A stretch of 64,000 nt of DNA from an uncultured virus (IMG/VR IMGVR_UViG_3300029267_002644) (taxonomy: Duplodnaviria; Heunggongvirae; Uroviricota; Caudoviricetes). The stretch is taken from IMG/VR virus record IMGVR_UViG_3300029267_002644; one strand, written 5' to 3'. Shown here piece by piece: positions 31,387 through 41,080 of this stretch. The notes under the pieces are model-generated. The model saw only the letters and a program-made list of their open reading frames with translations. It was not told the origin of the DNA and made no database searches. A program made the translations under genes and the position numbers. Numbering within the stretch: the stretch's first letter is position 1; every line of letters begins with the position of its first letter.

Positions 31387-34300
31387 TGATTATCATAGCG
31401 AAAAACACAACTGGTTCTGATATCGAACTTTCTGATATGTACGGAATCATGATCCCTGCTTCTGATCAAACAACTTTGACAGAACAAGTGCCATTTCCAA
31501 TTATCGAAGGAAGTTTAGAACTAAGAGATTACGTAACTTCTGGTGATATCATAATCAATGATGGTGTAGAAGATCTAAATGCTTCAGAAGGAATTGAACA
31601 TTTACAAACTGCTACTAAACATGAAGCACCATGTTGTCTCCCTGAATTAAATGATGTGGGTCCTCTAGAACCTAACAAACTTTTAAGAACCACTATTGAT
31701 GGAACAGGAACTGTATGGGCAGAGCCTGTAGATAATCTTGATGATTTACAAGACATTCCGGCTAAACCAGGTTCAGGCGATTATATTCTCAGAGTAGTTG
31801 ATGGAACTTTTTCATGGATTGAGTCTACAACATTTATAGACCATACTCACGACTTACAAGACCTGGACGATGTTCCGACATATCCAGGAACAGGTGATTA
31901 TGTATTAGAATCTCAAGACGGAACGCTTGTATGGGTCGAAACTCCAGAAGATATCATTGCACATGATTTAGATTTTCATTCTGATGTACCAACGAAACCA
32001 ACAACCGGACAAACGGTATTACAAAACACCGATGGTACATTAGAGTGGGTAGATACAACAGCATTGGTCGACCATTCACATGAGTTAGAAGATCACGAAT
32101 TAGATTTCCATACTGATATTCCTGATAAACCAACAACAGGAGATTACATTCTTAGAGTTGTTGATGGTACATTCTCTTGGGTAGACTCTACAGCTTTTGT
32201 AGATCATGAACATGTTCATAGTCACGACTTACAAGACCTTGACGATGTTCCGACATATCCAGGAACAGGTGATTATGTATTAGAATCTCAAGATGGTACA
32301 TTGGGTTGGGTCGAAACTCCAAGCGGAGTTGGAAATCACGACATTGATTATCATGATGATGTTCCAACGAAGCCAACAACATCTGACAGAATATTAAAAA
32401 CAACTGCAGGTGGTGGTAATTTAGAATGGGTTGACCTCAATGATTTTGATGTCAGACTTCTACATAAATTCGATGGTTACCATTCTACAACATCTACAAC
32501 TTTTACAGATACATGGACGGATGTTCCACTTGATGTAGAAAAACATAAATCTGCTGAGTTTATTCACTCCGCCAATTCAGCAGAGGTTGAGTTTGATCAA
32601 GATGGTCAATATCTCATTATCGCGAGAGCTACCATTGACATCAGTTCTGATGGTAACAATCGTACCTCAAGTAGAATGCAGATTATGGTTGACACAGGAT
32701 CTGGATATAATCCCCTTGATGGAACTCTAAGTTCTGGTTATCACAGACAACCATCACAAGATGAAAATACTCCAGTTTCTCAAGCAATATTTCAAGCAAA
32801 ACAAGGCGACAAAATTAAAGTTCAAGTGAGGCGATATTCAGGTAGTGCTACATTACGCCTTGTGAGTGGAGGGTCTGCTCTTACTATTTTTAACATTGGT
32901 GGAGTAAAAGGAGATAAGGGCGATCCAGGCGCTGGTGGTGAAATTGACGTTGAAGAAGATGACGTATTAGTACAATCCGGAATTACTACTCTTAATTTTG
33001 AAGGAAGTGTTGATGTAACAAATGAGGGTGGTGGTAAAGTAACTATTACTCAAAATGCTGGAAGTAAGTTTGTTCCATTTGGAAAAGTGGATGCCTCTGG
33101 AATTGGTAATGGTCCTCTTGAAACTGCAGGCAATACAACACTCGGACATAGGATGCCAAGCTCTGGTTCTATTCAATCAGTTGGTATTCGTACTGACCAA
33201 TTAAATTCAAATACGTATTCATTATTGATTGACAGCTCTTCTGAGCTTGATATTATATTTAGCGATCAGGATGAGAAGACTGTAGACTCTCTTGATATTC
33301 CATACTCAAAGAACCAGGTCCTTAATGCTCAGATCACAACTCAAGGAAGTGATATTGAATCTCCATATTCACCAGATGCTAATACATTATTCCTTGCACC
33401 GATGGATGGTGATGATGAGGATGACAGACACGTAACCAACACTTCTACAATTACAAAAGGTATGGCAGGACGTCTTGTGAATGGTGCGGCATTTAGCACA
33501 ACAACAAAGTTTGGAACGAGTAGTGTAAACTTCGACGGTTATAATGATTATATGCAGCTATTACATCACGATGCATATAATGTACAAAATTGTACAGTTG
33601 AATTTTTCTTTCGACCAGACGATACTTATGGTGATCAAATAATTTTCTCAAAAGATGCATCTGGTTATGGAGGACATTTACAAATTGGTATTGATGGAGA
33701 CGATATCTATGTAAGATCCCAATCAACTAGCAACCAGAAGACTATTCAATTTGATCCAAATATTCAAGCAGGAACATGGTATCACGTGGCGGTCGTAATG
33801 GGAACAGGAGGAATCAAAGTATTTCTAGATGGAACATTAAGGTCCTCTGATGGTAGTTGGACACAAGGTTTAAATGGGAATATAGAACCAATATGTATTG
33901 GTTGCGCTAATTCACATTCATATTATGATTATTATAATAATTGTGGTGATTATTTTAACGGTCAGGTTGATGAACTAAGAATTTCAAATACAAGAAGATA
34001 TGAAACTAACTTTACAGTACCATCATCAGCATTTACAAAAGATGTAAACACCGTAGGATTGTGGCACTTTGATGAAGGTTCAGGAAGTCTGGCGTATGAC
34101 TCTTCAGATACTATTCACAATGCAACCATGATGGCAACTGGTTCTATGTGTTCTATTAACAATTCTATTGTAAAACATGGAACCCATTCTATATTTATGA
34201 ATAATAGTTATAATGATTGGTTAAGATTTAACCATAATCCATTATACGAGTCAAGTGAAATAACAGTTGAAAGTTGGATGTATCCAAAATGTGACGACGG

Positions 34301-34706
34301 AACAATTTTTGATAAAGGTGGATATAACCAAGTCGAAGGCGGGTTGATAATTAAATGGGAAGATTGCGAACGGATTAAAGTTCAATATTATGGAGCTTCA
34401 ACTTCAAGAACATTATATTCTGCTAACGGTTCATTTCCAGATTATCAATGGCATCATTTTGCTGTAACAATTAACTCTTCAGAAATCAAATTGTTTATTG
34501 ATGGTGTTGAAGTTGATTCTGAAACATTAACAACTGATTATCAAAATGTATGGGCTAATAATAAATCTGACGCATATTTTGCAGCAAAACCAAATCGATC
34601 AGATTGGATGCGGTGTCATTTGGATGACTTCCGTATTTCAAATATTGTAAGAACATATTCTTCATCAAATGTAAAACAAATCTCAATGCTTATAGAGATG
34701 ATATAA
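31386..34706 (+). CDS. Tail-fibre-like protein: shared N-domain, His-rich shaft repeats, short collagen-like stretch, two LamG/concanavalin-like domains
   Basis: Likely start 31386 (TAATG overlap); GVKGDKGDPG; WYHVAVV...VFLDG...GQVDELRIS; WHHFAV...LFIDG...LDDFRIS. Confidence 0.78.
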   Translation: MIIIAKNTTGSDIELSDMYGIMIPASDQTTLTEQVPFPIIEGSLELRDYVTSGDIIINDGVEDLNASEGIEHLQTATKHEAPCCLPELNDVGPLEPNKLLRTTIDGTGTVWAEPVDNLDDLQDIPAKPGSGDYILRVVDGTFSWIESTTFIDHTHDLQDLDDVPTYPGTGDYVLESQDGTLVWVETPEDIIAHDLDFHSDVPTKPTTGQTVLQNTDGTLEWVDTTALVDHSHELEDHELDFHTDIPDKPTTGDYILRVVDGTFSWVDSTAFVDHEHVHSHDLQDLDDVPTYPGTGDYVLESQDGTLGWVETPSGVGNHDIDYHDDVPTKPTTSDRILKTTAGGGNLEWVDLNDFDVRLLHKFDGYHSTTSTTFTDTWTDVPLDVEKHKSAEFIHSANSAEVEFDQDGQYLIIARATIDISSDGNNRTSSRMQIMVDTGSGYNPLDGTLSSGYHRQPSQDENTPVSQAIFQAKQGDKIKVQVRRYSGSATLRLVSGGSALTIFNIGGVKGDKGDPGAGGEIDVEEDDVLVQSGITTLNFEGSVDVTNEGGGKVTITQNAGSKFVPFGKVDASGIGNGPLETAGNTTLGHRMPSSGSIQSVGIRTDQLNSNTYSLLIDSSSELDIIFSDQDEKTVDSLDIPYSKNQVLNAQITTQGSDIESPYSPDANTLFLAPMDGDDEDDRHVTNTSTITKGMAGRLVNGAAFSTTTKFGTSSVNFDGYNDYMQLLHHDAYNVQNCTVEFFFRPDDTYGDQIIFSKDASGYGGHLQIGIDGDDIYVRSQSTSNQKTIQFDPNIQAGTWYHVAVVMGTGGIKVFLDGTLRSSDGSWTQGLNGNIEPICIGCANSHSYYDYYNNCGDYFNGQVDELRISNTRRYETNFTVPSSAFTKDVNTVGLWHFDEGSGSLAYDSSDTIHNATMMATGSMCSINNSIVKHGTHSIFMNNSYNDWLRFNHNPLYESSEITVESWMYPKCDDGTIFDKGGYNQVEGGLIIKWEDCERIKVQYYGASTSRTLYSANGSFPDYQWHHFAVTINSSEIKLFIDGVEVDSETLTTDYQNVWANNKSDAYFAAKPNRSDWMRCHLDDFRISNIVRTYSSSNVKQISMLIEMI
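31847..32293 (+). repeat. 72-bp direct repeat (31847-31918 / 32222-32293, 1 mismatch) within the fibre shaft
   Basis: tcacgacttacaagacct(g/t)gacgatgttccgacatatccaggaacaggtgattatgtattagaatctcaaga, offset 375 bp. Confidence 0.9.
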
Positions 34707-34714
34707 AGGAGTAA

Positions 34715-35704
34715 GTGATTATGTATATTGTGAATGATACAACAGCGGCTCTAACTATTTATATGCACGCAGGGTCGTCTTTTACATTTGCATCAAATGA
34801 AATGTATGATCTAGAGAGCGCATATACTAGATATGAAATTGCGAATTCTGACGTTCCTTTCCATATCGACAATGAGCATGTACGTTTGTACGATGGTGAT
34901 AATTATTTGTCGAAATTAAATTCTTTGAGGTGGGCATGGAATTCACCAGAACCTGATGAACTTCGAGATCGTTCAGGAAAATTAAGAGTCCATGAAACAT
35001 CAAGACCTCTTGGTGTTAAAACATTCTTCGCAGGAGCCGGTGATGACCCAACAGATGTAACGGATTTTGGTGGAGGGCAAGTTTGTACAATTAATCATTT
35101 GATTGGAGGGGCAAACCCACAATATACATATATGGATTTAAACATTATAGAAAATGAAACTTGGGTTCATGAGGGTTATCTAATTTGGAAAGATGCTTTG
35201 ATGGATACATTAACATGTTCAATTGTCCCTCGAGTTCCAACCTGGCATTTTGATAGCACAGCATCTACAGACTATGCTCTATACGGCGGTTATATGATTG
35301 TTCCTATTTATACAGTCGGTGGTGGACCAGGTGATGGAACTCTTGTAATTGATTCCGACTTAACAGATCCAACAGTGGGTGGTCTTGTTTATATGCCAAA
35401 TGATGATAGAAATAATCCGCCAACTGCATTTTGGAATGCTGACTATAATACGTCAACACACCAGTTTGAAAACATTACTCCAGCACCAACCGGGAATGGT
35501 AGGTACAACATATTTGCTTTAGAAATTTCCTTGACATGTTTTGCTAATAAGATTCCGTTATTAGGTAGCGGTTTTGAGAGGATGCAGACAGCTGATACGG
35601 ATCAAATGGGTCACGGGATGAGATTTAGATTATGCGCAGAAACTCAAGGTGATCATAATTGGTCGGTATCAATGATATTCACATTATATCGAGATAACAC
35701 ATAG
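34715..35704 (+). CDS. Hypothetical structural protein
   Basis: GTG start with SD ggag; beta-rich; N-terminus weakly like the 29261 family. Confidence 0.5.
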   Translation: MIMYIVNDTTAALTIYMHAGSSFTFASNEMYDLESAYTRYEIANSDVPFHIDNEHVRLYDGDNYLSKLNSLRWAWNSPEPDELRDRSGKLRVHETSRPLGVKTFFAGAGDDPTDVTDFGGGQVCTINHLIGGANPQYTYMDLNIIENETWVHEGYLIWKDALMDTLTCSIVPRVPTWHFDSTASTDYALYGGYMIVPIYTVGGGPGDGTLVIDSDLTDPTVGGLVYMPNDDRNNPPTAFWNADYNTSTHQFENITPAPTGNGRYNIFALEISLTCFANKIPLLGSGFERMQTADTDQMGHGMRFRLCAETQGDHNWSVSMIFTLYRDNT

Positions 35705-35722
35705 AATATAAAAACATGTTTG

Positions 35723-35738
35723 AGAACAAATCTATAAA
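35723..35738 (+). promoter_or_regulatory. Class P promoter motif AGAACAAATCTATAAA
   Basis: Directly upstream of the SD of the HNH gene. Confidence 0.55.
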
Positions 35739-35750
35739 AAGGAGTATTTT

Positions 35751-36713
35751 ATGAATTTGTGTTACCTTGGTTGTGGGAATAAAGGAAAATACCAACTAAA
35801 GAATGGGAAATGGTGTTGTAGTGAAAAATGGCAACAATGTCCAGCAAGAAGAAAGAAAATAAGTAAAGCAAATAAAGGACAAGTTCCATGGACAAAAGGT
35901 AAGAGCCCATCAACTGAAACTAGGAGAAAATTAAGCGAATCAAACAAAGGGCAAGTTCCGTGGAACAAAGGAAAACAACGCACGGAAGAAGCTAAAGAAA
36001 AAATCCGACAAGCAAAACTAGGAAAAAAACTTTCTAAAGAACATGTACAAAAATTAAAGGATTCTCATAAAGGACAAACTCCATGGAATAAAGGAAAGAA
36101 ACTTTCGAAACTCCACAAACGAAAACTTAGTAAATCACACTTAGGACAAGATCCATGGAATAAGGGACAACGACTTACAACTAAAGAATTAAAAGAAAAA
36201 CACCCATTTGCATTCACAGTAGAACATATTGAAGATGCTGAAGAACTAGGAAAATTCAAAGTTCATTGTAAAAATCATAATTGTCCAAATTCAAAAGAAA
36301 TGGGCGGTTTCTTTATAACAGAATTTAATAGTCAACTAGCTAACAGAATATATGCTCTAGAACATGATGGTGATGGGTGTTATCTATATTGCTCTGAAGA
36401 ATGCAAAAATTCATGTAGTATATTTAACAAACCAATACACCAAATAATGAGTGAAGCAAAACTCAGGGATGATCAATATTATACAGCTGAAGAATATTCT
36501 GTGTGGAGATTAGAAGTATTAACCAGAGCTGATTTTAAATGTGAATATTGCGGTAATCAAGCAACACATGCTCATCACATACGTCCACAAAAACTTGAAC
36601 CCTTTTTCACACTAGATCCAGATTTTGGACTAGCATGTTGCAGAGATTGTCATTTTAAATACGCACATACAGGAGAATGCTCTACAGGAAAATTAGCTGT
36701 AGCAGTATGTTAA
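35751..36713 (+). CDS. Free-standing NUMOD3-repeat HNH endonuclease-like protein
   Basis: KGQVPWNKGK repeats; RADFKCEYCG...HAHHI...CRDCH. Confidence 0.82.
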   Translation: MNLCYLGCGNKGKYQLKNGKWCCSEKWQQCPARRKKISKANKGQVPWTKGKSPSTETRRKLSESNKGQVPWNKGKQRTEEAKEKIRQAKLGKKLSKEHVQKLKDSHKGQTPWNKGKKLSKLHKRKLSKSHLGQDPWNKGQRLTTKELKEKHPFAFTVEHIEDAEELGKFKVHCKNHNCPNSKEMGGFFITEFNSQLANRIYALEHDGDGCYLYCSEECKNSCSIFNKPIHQIMSEAKLRDDQYYTAEEYSVWRLEVLTRADFKCEYCGNQATHAHHIRPQKLEPFFTLDPDFGLACCRDCHFKYAHTGECSTGKLAVAVC

Positions 36714-36725
36714 GGAGGAAGACCG

Positions 36726-37301
36726 ATGTGGAAAGATCTGATTTACGAAGCCAAAGTTGGAGTAATCGGCTGGTTCGGTAATGTCAAGATCTACAAGTTT
36801 CCATTCTTCATTTTAATGGGTCACTCCGCGTACAAAATTAAAGGAACTCATACTCGAGAAATCATTAACATTCTGGAACCTGGTGATATTCTTTTAAGAA
36901 GATATGACCACTACATTAGCGGACTGATGATTCCCGGTTATTTCACCCATGCAGCAATTTATACAGGTGACAATATGGTCACTCATCTACTTGGGCATGG
37001 AATAACAGTTGAGGACATTCTGGTTTTTACGCGCTGTGATGACGTCGCTATTATTAGATGTACCGACCAAGAACTCGTAAAAGAGGCTCTGCGACGCGCA
37101 AACGAACAAGTGGAAAAAGGGGTTGAGTACGACTTTGACTTCAACACAGATTCCGCAGAGAGATTTTATTGTACCGAATTCACCGCATATTTATTTCAGT
37201 ATCCAAAGATGAGACAACTCAAAAAAGGTTTATATTTACCGGACGATCATTTGACTCTCCCTGAGTTTGGACCTTATAAACTCATGTGGAGAAGAACTTA
37301 G
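36726..37301 (+). CDS. Permuted papain-like NlpC/P60 enzyme (YiiX/YebB type)
   Basis: LEPGDILL...FTHAAIY...GVEYDFDF...FYCTEF (His before Cys). Confidence 0.82.
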   Translation: MWKDLIYEAKVGVIGWFGNVKIYKFPFFILMGHSAYKIKGTHTREIINILEPGDILLRRYDHYISGLMIPGYFTHAAIYTGDNMVTHLLGHGITVEDILVFTRCDDVAIIRCTDQELVKEALRRANEQVEKGVEYDFDFNTDSAERFYCTEFTAYLFQYPKMRQLKKGLYLPDDHLTLPEFGPYKLMWRRT

Positions 37302-37314
37302 AACAAAATATAAA
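37300..37314 (+). promoter_or_regulatory. Class P promoter motif AGAACAAAATATAAA
   Basis: Upstream of 37341. Confidence 0.65.
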
Positions 37315-37340
37315 GGTCATAGTTACTAGGAGGAATTATC

Positions 37341-37592
37341 ATGGCTAATAATACAACAGCGCATGTTCATTTAACAACAGCAGATCTTCACGGCAAGAGT
37401 AGAGGTTTTATCCCTCAAGGTAAAAGAAGCGTTATGCAAGAATATATTCCTGGTACACAACCAGGTGTAAACCAGTATGTTGATAACGTATCTGGAGCAA
37501 AAGTGTTCGTTATGGATTCTCATGGAGAAATTTGGGACGCATCAGTTGTTTCAGCGCTGCAATCAACATATCCAGGACTTATGATTGGCTAA
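37341..37592 (+). CDS. Small protein with its own promoter motif and a downstream hairpin
   Basis: SD aggagg; hairpin ggaccggctc/gagtcggttc at about 37624-37653. Confidence 0.6.
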   Translation: MANNTTAHVHLTTADLHGKSRGFIPQGKRSVMQEYIPGTQPGVNQYVDNVSGAKVFVMDSHGEIWDASVVSALQSTYPGLMIG

Positions 37593-37719
37593 ACGACATT
37601 TGCCTTCTAACGCCTCCTTCTTTGGACCGGCTCGTCGTTGTGAGAGTCGGTTCTTATTCCGCCGAAAAATGAGAATATTACTTCGTTAACCCATAGTTAT
37701 ATAGTAAAGGAAAAGAATC

Positions 37720-37920
37720 ATGGATATCGTAATTGCTTTTATCTTAGGAGCAGCAGCGGCAACGATTGTGTGGTATTTCGTGCTTCGCAATAATCGTAAG
37801 AAAGTCAACGAGTGGTTAGATTTTCCAGCAGAAACTTGGGACAAAATTGACGCAGAACTTGACGAATTTGGTGATGATGTCAAAGACAAAGTCAACGAGA
37901 TTTTTAACAGGAAAAAATAA
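37720..37920 (+). CDS. Small protein with an N-terminal TM helix
   Basis: IVIAFILGAAAATIVWYFVL. Confidence 0.6.
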   Translation: MDIVIAFILGAAAATIVWYFVLRNNRKKVNEWLDFPAETWDKIDAELDEFGDDVKDKVNEIFNRKK

Positions 37921-37964
37921 GATTAAATTCATAGTTTGCGTCCTATAATGATTCCCGCGCTAGG

Positions 37965-38183
37965 GTGGTTTTGGGTTCTTATATGAAGAAATTTGACGAT
38001 CTAAAAGACGTAATCGTATCTTATGGAGTAACCCTGATCGTAATTTTGGGAATCGGGCTACTCATCCTTATAAATACTCTTGACAAAATAGCAACCAAAT
38101 TCATTCGCCTACCGTACTACCGTCTTCGCGTTAAACTCCTTCAAATAGCAAAGAAAAATCAACAAAAAAGAAATCGAAAATAA
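37965..38183 (+). CDS. Small membrane protein (start uncertain)
   Basis: Hydrophobic segment followed by a basic tail. Confidence 0.45.
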   Translation: MVLGSYMKKFDDLKDVIVSYGVTLIVILGIGLLILINTLDKIATKFIRLPYYRLRVKLLQIAKKNQQKRNRK

Positions 38184-38198
38184 TCAAACACCTTGCGA

Positions 38199-38250
38199 AA
38201 ATGGGGAGGGGTTTTCCGCCATTGCTTATTAACAATGCCCCTCCCCATTT
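38199..38250. terminator. Bidirectional terminator-like hairpin between convergent cassettes
   Basis: aaatggggagggg/cccctccccattt 13-bp inverted repeat with inner cattg/caatg stem. Confidence 0.7.
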
Positions 38251-38317
38251 CTAATGCACACCCCTGTAGCGATTTTCTACACGTTAATTTTTGGTTCTGT
38301 CTCGTAGACACACGTAT

Positions 38318-38779
38318 TTAACACAGAGGCGTACAAATTATATTCGGTTTTTTATACCTCTCCTGTCTTCGAGGATAATCTTTCATCGTTTTACCACAGT
38401 ACGCACAAGCGTACAAATCGTCCCTCCCATCCTCAATCACCTTCGGACAAAATTCAGGAACACGACTGTCAATCCAATAATGACAATTCCAACAATTTGG
38501 CAACTGTCCGGTCGATTTCGAAACATAAGGGACATCATCCCTTTTCAACCAGTTTGTATTAACAACTGATCTTGCATCAAAACCCAAAGTGACTTTACCA
38601 CAAGGTTTAGCAATCATACATCTCTTACAAACATAAACCGGCAAAACCCCATTCTCAACTGCATTCCCCGGATCATCCGGATACCACACATCCATCAATT
38701 GACCACAATCACAATACGGAATTATAATACGTTCCGTAACTGGCAACCGTGTCGCCAGTGCTCGTAAATGAGACTTCAT
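38318..38779 (-). CDS. Cys-rich putative zinc-binding protein
   Basis: CDCG, CKRC, CWNC, CAYCG; SD aggagg. Confidence 0.6.
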   Translation of the reverse strand: MKSHLRALATRLPVTERIIIPYCDCGQLMDVWYPDDPGNAVENGVLPVYVCKRCMIAKPCGKVTLGFDARSVVNTNWLKRDDVPYVSKSTGQLPNCWNCHYWIDSRVPEFCPKVIEDGRDDLYACAYCGKTMKDYPRRQERYKKPNIICTPLC

Positions 38780-38799
38780 TTTAGTTCCTCCTTCCTGAA

Positions 38800-39138
38800 T
38801 TAAGGATCCAAAAAGATACTACTTCTCTCCTTTACCCTATCTTTGATCGTCCTCCTTCCGCGCCTTCTATAATACCAAGTTGCTATTAAGATAGACAATG
38901 ATGAAATTCCAGTCACAACGTTAGTCCAAAAGAGACTGGGACTTTGTTTCCACCAGCCGTATATTCCCCACCAGATTTGTCCGTGGAGAATGATTAACCA
39001 TAACAAATAAGAAACATCTTCCGAAGATTTTCGACGAATAATACGAACAATCTGAGGAAGTCCAGACAAAGCCATTGTAAAACCAATGACAGTCATCCAT
39101 AGTTCAAATAGATGACCTTTAATTAGCATAGGATCCAT
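38800..39138 (-). CDS. PQ-loop / SemiSWEET-like small transporter
   Basis: LPQIVRIIRRKSSEDVS...WWGIYG...WTN, three TM helices; likely start 39138. Confidence 0.78.
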   Translation of the reverse strand: MDPMLIKGHLFELWMTVIGFTMALSGLPQIVRIIRRKSSEDVSYLLWLIILHGQIWWGIYGWWKQSPSLFWTNVVTGISSLSILIATWYYRRRGRRTIKDRVKERSSIFLDP

Positions 39139-39449
39139 GATGACCCCCTGGCGTCTGAGGAACATCAAAAACAATCTTCTTTACCTCCTTAATATCATAA
39201 CGATGTCCCTCTTGATTTAACTCAGTAAGGAGATGGAGCATATCTAGAGCCGTCCTTACCAACTCCTCCCCATTGTCTAAAACCACTAAAAACTGAACCA
39301 TCACGTTCCCCACCTCCCTTTACACAATGTGGAGGCCACAGGATAAATGAATGGAGATGAACATCACCAACAAAATAGAATGTTGGAACAATTCTCTCCA
39401 TCTCCCATGTCTCTCCAACCTTTTTCATTTCGATGATCATAGCAACTCC

Positions 39450-39743
39450 TTATGTTGCATTACGAGGTTTCGGCTCCGTGATGGTTTCTCGTAGTGCATC
39501 TAATTGAGTAAGAACTGACTTTTCTTTCGTATTTTTGTTCTGGAGTTTCTCGCTTAGTTTCTTTATTTCAGCATCCTTTTCCCGAATTTGTTCACTGAGT
39601 TTTCTGACCTGATCTGAGAGAAGCGAATTTTCGCCCTGAAGACTCTCTATTACCTGGTCATGTTCCTCAACTGCCAATTCTAAAATCTTTGTCATTTCAG
39701 TCAATGTTCGTTTATATCGTTTAATACATTCCTTTGCTTTCAA
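39450..39743 (-). CDS. Coiled-coil hypothetical protein
   Basis: TTG start with SD aggagg; heptad pattern. Confidence 0.55.
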   Translation of the reverse strand: MKAKECIKRYKRTLTEMTKILELAVEEHDQVIESLQGENSLLSDQVRKLSEQIREKDAEIKKLSEKLQNKNTKEKSVLTQLDALRETITEPKPRNAT

Positions 39744-39821
39744 GTTTCCTCCTTTCCAAAATAAAAATAAACGAACATGACGGAGAACTTATCGTCTTAA
39801 AACAAAACCTCTTCTATAAAG

Positions 39822-39878
39822 TAATATATATAAAAGTTCATGTTATATTGAATCCTTTTTTAGAACAAATTATAAATA
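39822..39878. promoter_or_regulatory. Back-to-back promoters: class M (minus, TATATATATTA) and class P (plus, AGAACAAATTATAAATA)
   Basis: Motifs at 39822-39832 and 39862-39878 between divergent genes. Confidence 0.65.
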
Positions 39879-39903
39879 CGTAAACACACATGGGGAGTAT
39901 ACA

Positions 39904-40227
39904 ATGAACGAGAAATACACCAAACTTCTGCAAGAATCTCTTCGGGAAGATCATGAGGGTGACGAGGAAATTATTATTGTTCCTACAGAACCTGAAGATG
40001 ATCCAAGCGATGACGCCGAAGCCACAGCCGGTCTTTATGTCAACCCTGAAGAAGATCTTCAATCACAGGATGATGAAAATGTTGTTGCTATGATGCCAGA
40101 AGGTGCAAGAACAGACGTCGCAAAACGTCTCGCATACAAAACAATGAACAAAATCAAGAAAGCTATGGATGCTGGTAAGAAAGGTCGTCCAACCCTTTAT
40201 AATAGAAAGGGCGAAATGGTGCCATAG
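39904..40227 (+). CDS. Acidic protein with a YxxLLQE-type leader (candidate head-internal protein)
   Basis: MNEKYTKLLQES. Confidence 0.55.
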   Translation: MNEKYTKLLQESLREDHEGDEEIIIVPTEPEDDPSDDAEATAGLYVNPEEDLQSQDDENVVAMMPEGARTDVAKRLAYKTMNKIKKAMDAGKKGRPTLYNRKGEMVP

Positions 40228-40237
40228 GAGATGACAA

Positions 40238-40561
40238 ATGCTTGAACAATATTTAGAACAAATACAGATTGACGAAACCGACAAAATGATCAATGAAATG
40301 CCGATCCCGCCTGCAGCAAAAGCAATCATAAAGAAGAAATTATTAAATCTTCGAGCACAGCGCGCTAAGGCTTTGGATGACATTAAGGGCAAAGCTCAAG
40401 AACTAGTTAAATCACAACAATATGCAAAACAATCCAAAACTGGTATTGCAAATATAAGCAAAAGAAAAGCAGATTTGAAAAAACAATATACAGATACTAT
40501 TGCTCAATATAAGAAAAAAGAAACAGATATGATTAGAATGGTTGCACAGGCACACGCATGA
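40238..40561 (+). CDS. Basic helical protein with leader (candidate head-internal protein)
   Basis: MLEQYLEQIQIDE. Confidence 0.55.
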   Translation: MLEQYLEQIQIDETDKMINEMPIPPAAKAIIKKKLLNLRAQRAKALDDIKGKAQELVKSQQYAKQSKTGIANISKRKADLKKQYTDTIAQYKKKETDMIRMVAQAHA

Positions 40562-40761
40562 TAGTCAAATTAGAAGCATGCCCTTTTTGTGGGTCTTTAG
40601 ACGTAACACCAAATCAACCACCAGCTGATTTATTCAATGAAACATGTATACGTTGTAAACGTTGTAACGCAAAAGGACCACCATCCATGAATCTAAAGGG
40701 TGCAGCAGATTGGTGGAATACAAGAGAGGAACCCGATGAGGATGTTAAACAAGTATCTTGA
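40558..40761 (+). CDS. Lar-family (restriction alleviation-like) zinc-finger protein
   Basis: LEACPFCGS...CKRCNAKGP...AADWWNTR. Confidence 0.78.
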   Translation: MIVKLEACPFCGSLDVTPNQPPADLFNETCIRCKRCNAKGPPSMNLKGAADWWNTREEPDEDVKQVS

Positions 40762-41080
40762 TTATGTTCAAGAACAACTTGAAAATAACTTTCGGGTCGG
40801 TCCGTCCCGCATACATGGTAAAGGAGTCATCGCAACCTCACGTATTAACAAAGGACAATTCATAAATACTGCCCTTGTCCCTGATGATTTAACACATAAA
40901 ACTACGTATTTTGGCAGATATTTAAATCATTCTTCAAGTCCAAATGCCGAAACTAGACTTGAAAAGGATGACGTATATAGGACATATGCTCAGGTTGATA
41001 TTGAACCAGAGACAGAGATAACAGTTGATTACCGAAAAAATAAGGAGTTAGAGCAGCCTCAACCTGGATGGGAGGAATAA
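40736..41080 (+). CDS. Minimal SET-domain protein with leader
   Basis: SRIHGKGVIAT...RYLNHSSSPN...DIEPETEITVDY; start 40736 or 40742 (MLNKYLDYVQE). Confidence 0.85.
   Translation: MRMLNKYLDYVQEQLENNFRVGPSRIHGKGVIATSRINKGQFINTALVPDDLTHKTTYFGRYLNHSSSPNAETRLEKDDVYRTYAQVDIEPETEITVDYRKNKELEQPQPGWEE

Noticed and set aside
2422..33726. Many short antisense or off-frame ORFs inside the large genes
   Set aside because: They are shadows of repetitive coding sequence with no recognisable motifs.
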